A stretch of 60,000 bases of DNA from Callorhinchus milii (lineage: Eukaryota). Under the pieces are notes generated by a model. The model saw nothing but the letters and a program-made list of their open reading frames with translations, ran no database searches and was not told the DNA's origin. The position numbers were made by a program, and so were the translations under genes. The stretch is from contig NW_024704743.1 of assembly GCF_018977255.1 (NCBI RefSeq), positions 84,446,001 through 84,506,000 of the forward strand, given 5' to 3'. Shown here piece after piece: positions 13,769-26,160 of the stretch; position 1 is the first letter of the stretch; each line of letters begins with the position of its first letter.

Positions 13769-14011
13769 ACGGGGATCCTCCTTATAATAGTCCAATAGCT
13801 CAGAAGCCACATTATAACTGAAGCACTAAAAAATGGCCATGTTCCAGCTCTTCAAGTAGTTGCTGATATGTGCACTTGTATTTGTGAAAGTTAGTCTGGT
13901 TGCTATTTTTCTCTGTTCTGTTTCTGGTAACATTAGAGAACACTTAACAGGACTCCAGCCTGATCTTTTCAGTGGAGAGAGGAAAAAGGGTAGAAAATAA
14001 TGAAATATTAG

Positions 14012-14470
14012 CTGCACTGGCTCAGTCAGTAGGACTTTTGCCTCTAATTCACAAGATTGTGGATTCAAGCCCTACATCAAGACTCCACAACAACAATTTG
14101 CATTTGTAAAGGCTCTTCATATAGGGTAACTTCTCGGAAATGCTTGTCACTCCAGTGCAATGATGGGGGAATACTGCATTGTTGGAGGTGTTAATCTTTG
14201 GATAAGTTGACATGGCATGGTCCTGTCTGTCCGTTCAAGTGAATGATAAAGATCCTGTGGCACTATTTGACAAGAGAAGAAAGTTTGTGTTGGCCAAAAT
14301 TCCTCCAGATAAGATTGTTCATTCACTTCATTGCTGGCTATGGTTCATTGTTGTATCCAAATTGACTGCTGTGTTTGCCTACAAAATATTCAGCTACTAT
14401 GTAAAGTGAAACGCTTTGAGATGTTTGACGAACATGATAATGTGCTATATCAAATATAAGGATTATTCTT
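14012..14470 (+). mobile_element. DeuSINE-like copy with tRNA head
   Basis: tggctcagtcagtag (A box), gattcaagccc (B box), taaagatcctgtggcactatttg, aaattgactgctgtgtttgcctac, and an L2-type tail. Confidence 0.75.
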
Positions 14471-14699
14471 TATTAATGTTACATTCAAAAATGTTTTGGG
14501 AGGAAAAAACAGATTGATGAGATGAGGTTTCCCTCTGGCAGCTGTGAGACATCCCAAGCAAAGTGAGGGAGGATCAAACATTGCATGGGGCACAATGGTT
14601 TTGCTTTGACCAAGATAATGCCAATGACACGCTGGCACAATGGGATGTTGTTCTTAGGTTAGGTTAAGGCATCAGAGTAAAACAACCAGCTCGGAATGA

Positions 14700-14820
14700 A
14701 TTCTGCAAGGATAAAAGGATAACGGGGAATGCTGGAAATATTGAAAATGCTGGGAAGACAGGACAGCTCCATTAGCATCTGAAATAGGTTAAAAGTTTGG
14801 ATTAAATCCCTTCATCAGAA
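14700..14820 (-). mobile_element. Penelope-like terminal-repeat remnant (degenerate)
   Basis: aatgctggaaat...agcatctg...cccttcatcagaac resembles the left half of 45455-45635. The minus strand reads gttctgatgaaggga...ccaaac. Confidence 0.5.
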
Positions 14821-15599
14821 CAGAAATGCCGGGCTGGGGGCAATTGACCAAAGGACAGAGAAGAGCAACTAGGAGTAAGCCAAGGGCACTTAGTGAGAAG
14901 TTAAAAGCAAATATACTCAGAGGCAGCTGACAAGCTAAAACAAAGGATTGTGAAATGCTGAGAAATGTCTTTTTTTGGACACCTGCTTGTCTGACAATTG
15001 CATGGAACCTATGGAATCTCTCTCCCCGAAGGGACACACTCTGCTTATCTAATTCTGGAGAGCATTAGGCACAGGTTGTCAAGAGCCAAAGCTTGGGATC
15101 ATATCTGATCAGGTACAGCATAGGTCAGATCAAAGAAATGTACCTTCATCTGAACGTCGGAACAGCAATCCAGAGGAGCACCCCAGAAGAGCTCCTTCAT
15201 TTCAGCAGTATGGTATTGTATTTCCATTTTTCAAGCTCCTTGTAAGTGATTTGTGCTGAATTGTGATCAGTTTGTGAACTGGATTTAGACAGCCCTCAAA
15301 CTCTCTTTATAACAATTTTGAAAGAACTACAAAATTCATTGAAGGACACGCTCCATAAAATCTCTGTAATTTACAACATTTAATAAATTATGCTACACGA
15401 GTACAAACAGATTAAATGCTCCATGTGGAATTTCCCCCACTGATTATACATAGGGAGAAAGCTCCAGCCCATATGTCTTCCATGCTAAATACTCTTAAGG
15501 CAATACCTGATGTGAGCTATCAGTCTATGGGATTCCTTTATTATTTCAGCTGGAACTGGGATAAATTGGAAGCCTCTAATCTATATTTACTTTTTATAC

Positions 15600-15862
15600 A
15601 GGTAATCATTCTTGCATCTGAATGCACTTCACAGGATTATAGTGTAGAGTGTAGTGACTGTGCATAGTTATGGGCAAAACACAGCAGCTAATTCACACAT
15701 AGCAATGTACCACAAATAACTGTGAAGTAAACAGCAATCTTAGCTGGAGAAATGTTGGCCAGGACATCAGGAGAAACTTCCTTCTCTTTTGAATAGTGCT
15801 AGGGATCCTTAACGTCCAACTGAACTCACACAGTACCTCTGATTAATGTCTCATCTGAAGGA
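15600..15862 (-). mobile_element. DeuSINE-like fragment
   Basis: tcttgcatctg...gttggccaggacatcaggagaaac...gaatagtgctagggatccttaacgtcca. Confidence 0.7.
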
Positions 15863-16229
15863 CCACCTCCATCTTTCTTTGAGGCCTGTTGCAAGATAAG
15901 GCAGGAGGTGGGGTGGGAGGCTGCAGTGAGACCCTCCAATAGACCAGAGGCCTCTGCGACATGATAGGGTGGGAGGCCATGGCTTCTGTGATGCATCTGA
16001 TCATGCTCTCCCACCCTCCACCAAATGCCCACGAAAGTTACAGGATAGGGTGGGAGGCCTCTGAGATACAATACTCCATCTTATAGGAAGAGTTATCTGA
16101 TCAATTTTACATTGTAAGTACTTACAAGAATTTTTGGAATTGTCTAGTTACGTGTTAAATGGAGTGACAAGTACAACAGAGTCCATTATAAACATTTTGC
16201 ATGGGAAGCGCCTGTGGTATTGACAGCAT

Positions 16230-16505
16230 GGTGACTTAAGTGATAATTTAAGCCAGGTCGAATTATCTGCAGTTTACTGTATTTGTAAGTAAATGTATCA
16301 GCTAATTTTCACACAGCAATATTCCACCGACAGCCTCGGGATTGTTGGTCAGGACACCAGGGAAAATTCCTTTCACTTTTTGAATAGTGCTTTGTGATCT
16401 TTAACATCCACCTGAACAGACAGACAGAATCTCAGTTTATCATCTCATCCTAAGGATAATGCCTTCAATAATACAGCACGCCCCCAGGATTACTTTTGAG
16501 TGTCA
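16230..16505 (-). mobile_element. DeuSINE-like fragment
   Basis: gttggtcaggacaccaggg...gaatagtgctttgtgatctttaacatccacctgaacagacagacag. Confidence 0.7.
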
Positions 16506-16634
16506 GAAGCGTTCAGTTAGAGACCAGTTTCACAGCACCGCTTTGTTACAATCTAGGAATACATGGCTGGATGTATAATGTCACAGGATGTCACATAACG
16601 GTGCATTCGTACTGCGTTAAACTTTTTACAGTTT

Positions 16635-17419
16635 ATAATAATAATGATAATAATTCTTGCATTTGAAAAAGCGCCTTATCACGTCTTCACGACATAAGAA
16701 CATAGGAAATAGGAGCAGCAGTAGGCCATTTAATAAAATCATGGCTGATCTTCTAACCTAATTCGATTTACCCACCCTATCCCCATATACCTTAATCCCT
16801 TCAGTTTTTAAAAAAACTATCCATCTCAGTCTTGAATATGTTCAATGACTGAGCATCCACAGCCTTCTGGGGTAGAGAATTCTATAAATTCACTACTCTC
16901 TGAGTGAAGAAATGTTTTCTCAACTCAGTTCTAAAGGGCTGACCTTTAATCCTGAGACTATGACCCGTAGTTTTAGATTCTCCAACCAGGGGAAACAGTC
17001 TCAGGGCATCTACTCTGTCAAGACCCTTAAGAATCTTATAGGTTTCTATAAGATCACCTCTAATTCTTCTATATTCTAGAGAATATAGGCCTAGTCTACT
17101 CAACCTCTCTTCGTAGGTCAAACCCCTCATCCCAGGAACCAACCTGGTGAACCTACATTGCATCGCCTCTGTTCGACCACTGATCAACATCTCTTATAGA
17201 ATAAACTGTAAAGTGAATTGACTGTATATTTTGTGGACGGAATGTGGCAGCCAATTACCCACATCAGTGTCCCACAAACAGTCGTGGATTGAGTGACCAA
17301 ATTATTATTATTATTTTTTAAACGATTATTACCCCCAGAAAAGAAATTTGCCAATCAACTAATACCCGGGTCCTCTCGTTTGTGAGGCAATTACTCTAAC
17401 CGCTAAGCGACAGGACTCC
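16635..17419 (-). mobile_element. Composite tRNA-derived SINE split by a CR1 insertion
   Basis: Tail at 16635-16695. The body resumes at ~17187 (catctcttatagaataaactgtaaagtgaattgac) and ends in the head ...ctaagcgacaggactcc. Confidence 0.88.
16693..17170 (-). mobile_element. CR1 LINE 3' fragment nested in the SINE
   Basis: ORF 16882-17190 (RFTRLVPGMRGLTYEERLSRLGLYSLE...RGDLIETYKIL...FFTQRVVNL) is a typical CR1 ORF2 C-terminus. The tail reads ttcctatgttcttatg on the minus strand. Confidence 0.95.
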
Positions 17420-17574
17420 ACAGCGGAGTCATTCATCACACGCCTCTTGTTTTTGAAACACCGAAGGAAATTTCTCAGGAGTGCATTCACAACACAGAAG
17501 TTCTTCGAAGGATTATGTACTTGGATGAAAGTTGTGATGTTTCTTAATTGATGAAGGCCTGAATTCCCTCCTAC

Positions 17575-17772
17575 CTGTTAAAGATCATACAGAATTTTAG
17601 AAAATAGTTTAAAATTTTACCTTAATTTGAAACGTGATTTTCCATAGTTCTTTTTGTGATTGCAGAAAATCACCTGCTAAATTAACACCAAAATTATAAT
17701 TTTTTCATAATTCTAGACACTCTTAAATTTTAAGACTTAATGGTCTTTCAAGTTAAGACTAGCTGGAATTTC
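17575..17772. mobile_element. Degenerate palindromic MITE-like copy (type A right arm)
   Basis: Ends tcttaaattttaagacttaatggtctttcaagttaagactagctggaatttc. Confidence 0.6.
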
Positions 17773-19669
17773 AAGCCTCTGATGTGCCTGAGTATCTCAT
17801 GAAATCTGTTCAGAAGATCGTAATATCCAATCACTACCTAATCCAGTCACTTTCTTTGTTATAAATGATGGGGCCTCATCCTATCGCAGGTTTTCAGTGT
17901 TGTCTTTGTTGTTGCTGAGTGAGGCATCTCAATGCTGCTTCATGGGGCTATCTACTTAACTTGTTCTGAGGTTTTAACTTAACCAGAAGCTCAAAACACT
18001 GGTCTCCTACTAACCGGCACTCAGAGTCCTACTAACTGGCCTCAGAATGACACTAACCAGTGATTAAAGGCTGCGCTCAGCAAGCCAGAGGTCCACTGCA
18101 TGAATCTATCTTCATTTGGATGTCCTCCCGATGTGAAAGGCGCTTTACAAATGTAATTTTGTTGTTGTTGTTCATTGACCTCCACTGAGGTGAGAAATCT
18201 ACAACACGGACATCTGGGTTAATTCAATGTACTAAATATTGAATGAACGCTGGAATGACTACCCATCCCCACATGAAACTTTAATAAAAAGCACACTTAA
18301 CATCTTACAAACAAACAAAAATATATGTTTTAATCGCCTTTCTGTTAGGCTCATCGGTTTCCGATTCAGCTGCTGGCATTGTCTTGGCTCTTGTGTCATC
18401 TTCAGCATTGCATCAGTGTGCCCTGCAGGTCAATATTTGAATAGTAATAGAGACTATAACATTCACTGTGAAATAGATAATTTGCCACAGTAGCAGGGGT
18501 CTCCTCACTAGTCCTTTCACCTCTTCTGCCTAAAACTTTAGGTATGCAATTTCTTGCTGTAGAACCCCTCTGACTCCAGCCTGCAAAGCACTGTGAGATC
18601 ATTTGTTAGTCATTTGTTCAACAGCCTCCCCTCAGGACAAACCTTTCTGCTGGACTCTGAAATTAGGACAAGCCAAGCAATGTTTGTGTGTGGAACCTTG
18701 TGAATTGTGTCAAGCTTATTTTCTGTCCACAAACTTCAAAACTGTACCCCAGCCAAGCTCCTTCTTGCCAATTCGCAGCCCTCTGGTGCTTGAATTTTGT
18801 CACATCCGTGAGTTTTATTTTGAGCCTTTATGCGACCCCCAGCTCATAATATCTGGTGCTCTGTGTGTCAGCGGGCCCTGAACAAAGAGACCTTTTAGTC
18901 AGCACAGAGCCGTTATGGTCCCCATAACCAGAATTTACAGCAGGTTTCTTTTGAAATGCTTGACATTTCTTCACAATTTCTTAGATATACTCGGTGGGTA
19001 CAGTGCGTCATCTTTGTTTGAATTTATCACACATAATAAGCCATTTTCTTTCAGTTTAATGTCATCCCCCTGGTAACCAGGATCTCTGAGGAAACAATGT
19101 AAAAACAGCAAATTTGTCAATGGATTGTGTACAGCTTAGTATAAATTTATCTTGTCCTAATCCCTTGGTCCTTTATATAATGATTTTCATATGCATATGA
19201 GAATTTTTTGTGTAATACTTTCTCACACATTTTACAGTCTGCTCAGGATTGAAATGCAGGGCAACTCGTCAACTCCCATCAAGGCAAATTAAAAATTGCA
19301 CCGAGTCCAGCCAGTCCCCAAACTTCTTTTCTCTCTTCAAAAAAAAACTGCTTACTGTATGTTTTTCTTTGTGTTAAGGTCTGTCAGCTTTCCTGTGAAG
19401 AATCAGTCAGTTTAATGATGCTTTCAGAAGAGCCTTCAGTGTGCCCCACACAATTTGGCATCAACTTTGGCCTCACAAAATTGCATCTCAGACAGGTGCT
19501 TCTGCCAAACGGAAAGACTCCCAATGCCAGCAATAAGACGAGTCATTTTAATTTGTAGTGCCCACCCTTTATAAGACACAATGCCATTAGCTGTAACAAA
19601 AAAAGGATTCAACTTATTTTACAAAACCTTCCAGTTTTACCATCTACAGAAGAGACATACAATAAAAAA

Positions 19670-20110
19670 AACGGTGGGAAGGTCATTGAGAGGGTGCAGT
19701 GGAGATTCACTGGAATTGGAGGCTTTACATATGAAGAGAGAATGGAGGGGACAGAGAGGTTTAAAGAAGATATGATGGAGTTTTTTTTAATTATGAGGGA
19801 TTTTGATCAGTGGCCGATGAGCCGGTAACAAGAAAGCAGATTTAAGGTATTTAAAGCATTAAGAATAAAGGATTGTTTTTTGCACAGGACTCTAGGATTT
19901 TTGAATGCCCTACCTAGAAGCAGTTTCAAGATAGAATCCATATTAGACTTTAACAGGGAATTTGATAAATATCTGAAAAAGAGAAGCATAAAAAGCTGTG
20001 GCGGAAAGGCAGGAAAATGGAAACAAACTGATAGCTCTTTCAGAGAGCTAGCACAGGCACGATGGGCTGAATTGCCTCCTTCTGTGCTGCAAAACATTAT
20101 GGTTCTATGG
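19670..20110 (+). mobile_element. Old CR1 3' fragment
   Basis: Translates to NALP...FNREFDKYL. The 3' UTR gagctagcacaggcacgatgggctgaattgcctccttctgtgctg is followed by ttatggttctatg. Confidence 0.8.
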
Positions 20111-20314
20111 ATTCAAAAAACATGATTTAAGGAAATTCACAACAAAGCAAGTCAGGGTTTGACTGTTATGCTTTGCCAGGGTCCAGTGGAGTGAGTTCAA
20201 TTTCTGTCCGTCTTAGGCCACACATGGATCTGTTTTGTTTACGCTCTGGTTGGAGTGGGAAAGATTGAAAGAGTCTAATCCGTGGTAATCTAGTTACAGA
20301 ATATGCATCTCTTC

Positions 20315-20760
20315 CATTTTGAGGGGACCTTACAGAAGTATATAAGATGCTAGATGGGATAGGGAAAGTTAGCCCCAAACCACACATTCATATATGTCAG
20401 AGTAGCAAGAGAAGAGTGCACAGGTTCAGAGGGTTCTCAACAACGACAACAACAAATTGACATGTCCCAAGGTGCTGGAGAGTCAGGGATTTGGACCCGA
20501 GCTGGGGGTCATGATCGGGGAGGGTGAAGGGCATGGAGGATAGGAGGAGTTGTGAAGGGCAAATTTAGGGCAGACCCCAAGAAGTATTTCTTTACACATA
20601 GGGTAATTAACCGCTCGAATGTGTTACCAGAAAGGGTTGTAGAAGTCAGGACTCTTAATAGTTTTTTTAAAAATCAGCTCAATCCTGCAGGTGAACATTC
20701 TGGATGAGATCAAATGAGCTGAAGGGCCTTCTTCATCTTTTCTCATGTCACCTGGTGATC
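20315..20760 (+). mobile_element. Old CR1 3' fragment interrupted by an L2 tail (~20439-20550, minus)
   Basis: gaggggaccttacagaagtatataag...[caacgacaacaacaaattg...]...tatttctttacacatagggt...aaatgagctgaagggccttcttcatc. Confidence 0.65.
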
Positions 20761-23700
20761 TCATATTATCAATGCAGTAATATTAAGAATAATCCTTGCA
20801 TTTGCTCCTGCTTTCGCCTTCAACAATCCCCTATAGTTTAAATGCTGGTGAAGCCCTTTGGAAAATATATCAATTTAGGGATATTAGAGGTAAGACAATA
20901 TTGGATTGCTTTTATAAATTTGGGATAAGGCACATGGACCACAAAGGTCCAATCCTGTATATTCCTGTGGAAAAGATCTAACACCAAGAACATACATGTT
21001 TAACAAATTCAGGTGATGTGTCAGAAAGTCTCTAGTGGCATCAGACAGAATACAGGAAGAATGGATAAAAATGATTCCAGTGAAGTGATTGTTGATGTCC
21101 TCCCGAGGTGAAAGCTGCTATGTCAAATGCAAAGATTCTTCTTATTATTATTGTTACAATAGAACCAGGATATTGAAGGGCAAAGAAAATAAATGCAAGA
21201 GTAAAGAGAACAGTATAGTGAGCCAAAAGAAAAAAGGAATAAAAATTGATGGAATACTGAAATGATGGAATACTGTATTACTGAAATATCAAATATTCCA
21301 TCTCCCTCTCCCCAGTTAAGGAATTTTCATGAAAACTCTATCTATTTTCCCATATTATCCCAGTCCATCTGGAATAGATCTCCTGAGTTTCTATGTCAGT
21401 TTCAGCAGGTTGGGAGTGGATTGGATTTAAATGAGGGGAAGCTTTATTTTTCAGAAACTTGTTCTGGAGGTGGTTTGATGGCATCGGCTCAGAATGAATT
21501 AGGGTTTCATGTTTGTATTCATCAGGGCCCTATGATGTGATTAATGAAATGTTACCATCAATTACACATATCATTATCCTTAAACCAAATTTGAATAGTC
21601 TGTATTTTCATTCTATCCAATTCTGCCTGCCTCTTCCTGGCATGTTGAATGATATCATTTTTAGTTAACACAGGGAGATTGCATCAGTAACATTGGCAAA
21701 AACTAACAACGATGTGCTAGCCATGTCTGAAGATAATAGAAGTGATAAAGAATGAGAGATCATGAAGATAAACTAAAAAATTGCAAAAAGCTGGCTGCAA
21801 GATTAACATTGAATTTAAGAATTGTTCGAAATGTCCACGATCTGAAATGCTAACAAAAAGCCCAAGTTTAGACCCTGGCAGAGTTTCCCCCAGAAAGGAT
21901 GGATGAGACACGGTGCTGAACTCATATAAGAAATAGTTTGACATTGTAGGGGGAAGTCGGTTGATTGAATATTGTGGATGGATTTGAACAACTGGGTCAA
22001 AGGGGCTTCTTCATCCAAACCCTCTCTTGTGATCCTGAAATTTGCTTGATTACCTTTGGGGATCTGGGAGTATTTATGCTGATCTTTTCCTCATATGATA
22101 ATATTGATGGGGTGGATCTGTTTAAGATTAGGATTGGCTGCACCGATCTTTTTGTGAAAGAGGTGAAAAGCTTGATTGCATTGGGTCATCTCAAGGTTGT
22201 CTAGACAGAGGTTTATAGGACAAGCCCAAGTGAATTGATATTCTAGCCAACTCATGAAGAAGTCACTTGTATTTTATTTTCAATTGTCTACATCGAAATT
22301 TCACTCACTGTAAAGTTTTACTTGAACCTTCCTCATTCACTTCATGGCTGTTTGTTGCACATTGCTGTGCACAAATTGGCTGCTGCATTCATGAATAAAA
22401 TATAGTCACTCCACCTTTACAGTATGTTCTGTGAAGAGTTTTGGGACGTTCTCCTAAACTGAAAGGCTCCCTGTACCAAATGGCAAGATTTTTTTTAGTT
22501 ACAGGAAGTACACCCGAGGCAGAATAAAATTAGATTTCTGGTCAGGTGAAGAGGTTATTACAGAGCAGAGAAGATGTGGAACAGGTCTGAAGGAATTAGA
22601 TGCAGTAAGAAAGCGGAGCGAGAAACAATGAAGAATGGCAATAGAAAGATAACCACTAATGTTACTTCTAAGTTGGCAATGTTCCTGTCTTTTTGAGCTC
22701 ATCAAAGCTGGATAATAATACATACATTTATACTACCTCTTGATAATACTCTGAGTGCATTTAGGTATCTATTCATCCCCAGGGATACTGCCTTGGCCAG
22801 ACAGTCATCCTGTGCTTCTTATCAAGTGTTCACTCGTAGCGCTACATCTGTTTGCCCAGATTTGGTTTCTCAGTTTCATGTGTTATTTCCCTTGGTTTCA
22901 GGCCTATCTGTGGTTATTACCAGGAAATTACATAAAGTCTTTCCATTAGCACACAAAGCCCACTCTATTCCCAGCCCATTCCCATAGTGGGTTTCACTGT
23001 TGTCTATCGCCTCAATAGCTCCCATTTCATAAACAGTTTCACCCTTGAATATGATTCCAGCTACCAGCACTGTTCCAGACTAAAATATTTTTCTTATGAA
23101 ATATTCACGTCTGCACACTTTTTTTAAACNAAAGAAGACCGGATTACTAGATTTGTAACAATGGCTCATAAAATATCCTCTGAAACTTTGATTTGGTGAA
23201 TATTTGAGCAATTCCGAATTATACATTGTTCTCACCTCCTTCCTCCTCTAACAGAGACCGACGTAGCAGGTTTCAAAATACTGTGAGATGTTAGCAGGCA
23301 GAGATTTCCATTGAGACTACCACAACATAGAAGGTCACAGTAAACTCCTACATCCCTCGTTGCCACTTTTACTGTAATCACCAGTTATGGATCAAATTAT
23401 TTGTATTTGCTTCAAGCAACAAAAAACTGTCTCATTCTCACAAAGAATAATTTGCAGCACTTAGCATTGTATTTTCCCTGCGTGACATTCCACCCATAGA
23501 GTTTTACCCTTTGCTCTCAATGCCCATTTTAGTTCTCTCATTTCTGTATGTGTGTGTGTTTTTGCACAGGAAATAAAAGGAATAAGATTTAAGGCACTTT
23601 TATCTACTTCCAATTCCAATGTTTGACTTTGACGCTTCAAAGGCACCGAGCCTGTGTTTGTTGAAGCAATGGGAAGGGAATGTGTATCCCTGCTCTTTAT

Positions 23701-24140
23701 GGGCTTGCACATTTCACACTTCTTCACTAAATAGTGGTCAAAAAAGGACACTAAAACACAAATAAAAATTAAGGTTAGGAGGTATTTTTGTGGCTAGAAT
23801 TCNAAAAAAAAGCTTGCTCACTTGTTTATAACAAATTTAACCAGTGATTTAACCACTGGTCAGAGAAACTATTCTCCAGAAGCCAGAGGGAGAGGTGGGT
23901 CCTGCCCCAAGCCAGTCCCAAAATACAAGAAAAACATGACTATAAATTCTGTCTATGTGATTGTGATCACCACTGATGATTATGAACAGCCAAATGAGAC
24001 CTTGGGTCAGCTCGTATCTGAAAGATGTACACTTGACATTGCACTACTCGGCACTGAGCTTTTAGCTGAAGTCATGACTTAAGGCTTCAACCCACAAGCT
24101 TCTGACCCAGAATGATACTGAGGTACAGACAGCCTGAGGT

Positions 24141-24350
24141 CAGTGACCCTATCTGGAAGGCGCGAGTGTGTGTGTGTGTGAGGATAGCATTGGATTTCCC
24201 TGTGATGTCCCTCACAATTGTAATATCCGCCGATGTTCACTGCTCAGCCTCATACATAAAAACAGCCACTTGGAGGTATTAAAGGGGGAACTGGTGCCTG
24301 TAGAATTCCACACTAGGATGGGTCTGTGGCTTCAGGACAAAATTGGAGAG
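24141..24350 (+). mobile_element. Third SINE family, 3' part (unassigned)
   Basis: cagtgaccct...ctggaag...gtgtgtg...gaggatag...ctgtgatg...cagccacttgg; matches the reverse complement of 25768-26000. Confidence 0.6.
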
Positions 24351-25767
24351 AAGGCTATTTTAAAATGAAACACATAAACGCTTTGCGGTTGTGTAGAACT
24401 CACACAGAGTTTGCAAACACTAGTACATGAGCAAACTCTGACAGCTAAACTAAATCTGTGACTTATGAAACTGCTCCATCCATAGTAAGAGAAGCTCATC
24501 GAGGCACTAATGTATATGTTATTTCTGAGGACATCCATATGTTTGCCACTTCCTTTCTGCAACCACTACACTCCCCAGTCCTCTTCATATCTGCTCTGAA
24601 CTGGCGATGTGTAATAGCTGCAGCTGAAAGCAAAGCCAATGACTCATAATGAAAACAGACAATTCTGTTCTGTTCATGGATTTATAATCACACTGTGTCT
24701 CGTTACTGTCTATATTTGTTTAACTCCTTCAGGACCACAGCCTCTTCCCCAAGGGATCGTATATGTTATTCAATGAACCGTACTCATGTTTTTCACCACT
24801 ATACACTATCAAATGCACAACACCACAGGCGCAGAGCAGAGAATATTCATCCAGAATCAAGAAAACTATATATTGTATGGCATTTCCTGCAGTAATGATT
24901 GAAGCATTAGACATTCATTACAAATAAGGGCAATTATGTGAAAACATAAACAATTTCTAACCTGTTGGGATGGAAATTTCATCATGTGATGGGTTAATTA
25001 GTAACACTGCTAACTACCACATGTGGTCAACAACAAGGTCATCAATAATTGAAGACTAGCCACAGGTGTGTCACAGCCTCTAACCGCCCACCCCCCCACC
25101 TCCCCCAGGTCATCAGTGCTTTCAGTCACTACACCCTGAGATTCTGTCTCAAGCCCTCCTTGTCCATCTTCACATCACACCTAAAGACCTTCCTCTTTGC
25201 TGGTTACCTCCTTTATCTCTCTGCTCAGGATAAGCTCCACTACTGTTAAGCTCTCCGAGACGCTATCCCACACAAAAAAAAGTTGATGTTGTTGTCATCA
25301 CAATGGTTGGTGCACCATTGGACTTGACTATCCATTCTTTTTGGAGGGTTAGTTAATGGTTTCCTGCCAGCCCTCTAGGCCTGTGCAATGAGTGGGGAGT
25401 TTGAGCCTAAACACTGTGAAGGAGTTGGGAGTGTCACACCTGCAGGGGTCTGGAAATGAACTGACCTCAGTGACCATCACCAACAATGAGCTGATTCTCA
25501 CCAGTGACAGTGAACAGTTCCCACCTTTCTTTCCATAGCTTTTTTATGACATGGCATTTATAATTTTTATTAATACATAAGCATAACCAATAATTATAAT
25601 ATATCATATGTGGAAACAGTAACTACAGAGGTCCATGTTTCATGATGCAAAACAAGTTCACTTTTAAAGAAACAGCGTTTGATTCACAGCCAGAGAAACG
25701 CACTTCAGTGAGAGCCACTAAACTGTTAAAGATAGAGATTTGTTAGTATGTGAAACACTGATCTCCT

Positions 25768-26160
25768 TTTTCTCCTGGTTTTCTCCCCTCCTCTCATTAA
25801 GGCAGTGATTCATGCTGGGGACAATTTCTACCAGCATCCCTGCCATACTTTGCCAAATTTACTATTCTTGAGTGAGACTGCGTAGTGAGTTTTGGCAGGC
25901 GATTCGGCTGTGGGGGAGCATCACAGCCAAGTCTGATCCTGTCCTCATCAATGTCCGCACACAACACACACACTTTGCAGCAGAAGTTACTGGACAGCGA
26001 TCAAGAGTGAGAACAGTAGCTGTTTTTTTCCCTTTCCAAGCCTGGGACTCTAAACTTTATTGTAAGTGCCTCTTCTGACCACTTCTCTTGACGAGGCTGA
26101 ACTAAAACAAAACAGACCAATGATCCAACCGGGGATCTGCCTGACCTGTATTGTTTAACA
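25768..26160 (-). mobile_element. Third SINE family copy (unassigned)
   Basis: gggggagcatcacagccaagtctgatcctgtcctc...ttgcagcagaagttactggacagcgatc is shared with 37478-37570. Confidence 0.65.

Noticed and set aside
23130..23803. Two single 'n' bases
   Set aside because: Sequencing ambiguities beside homopolymer runs, not biology.
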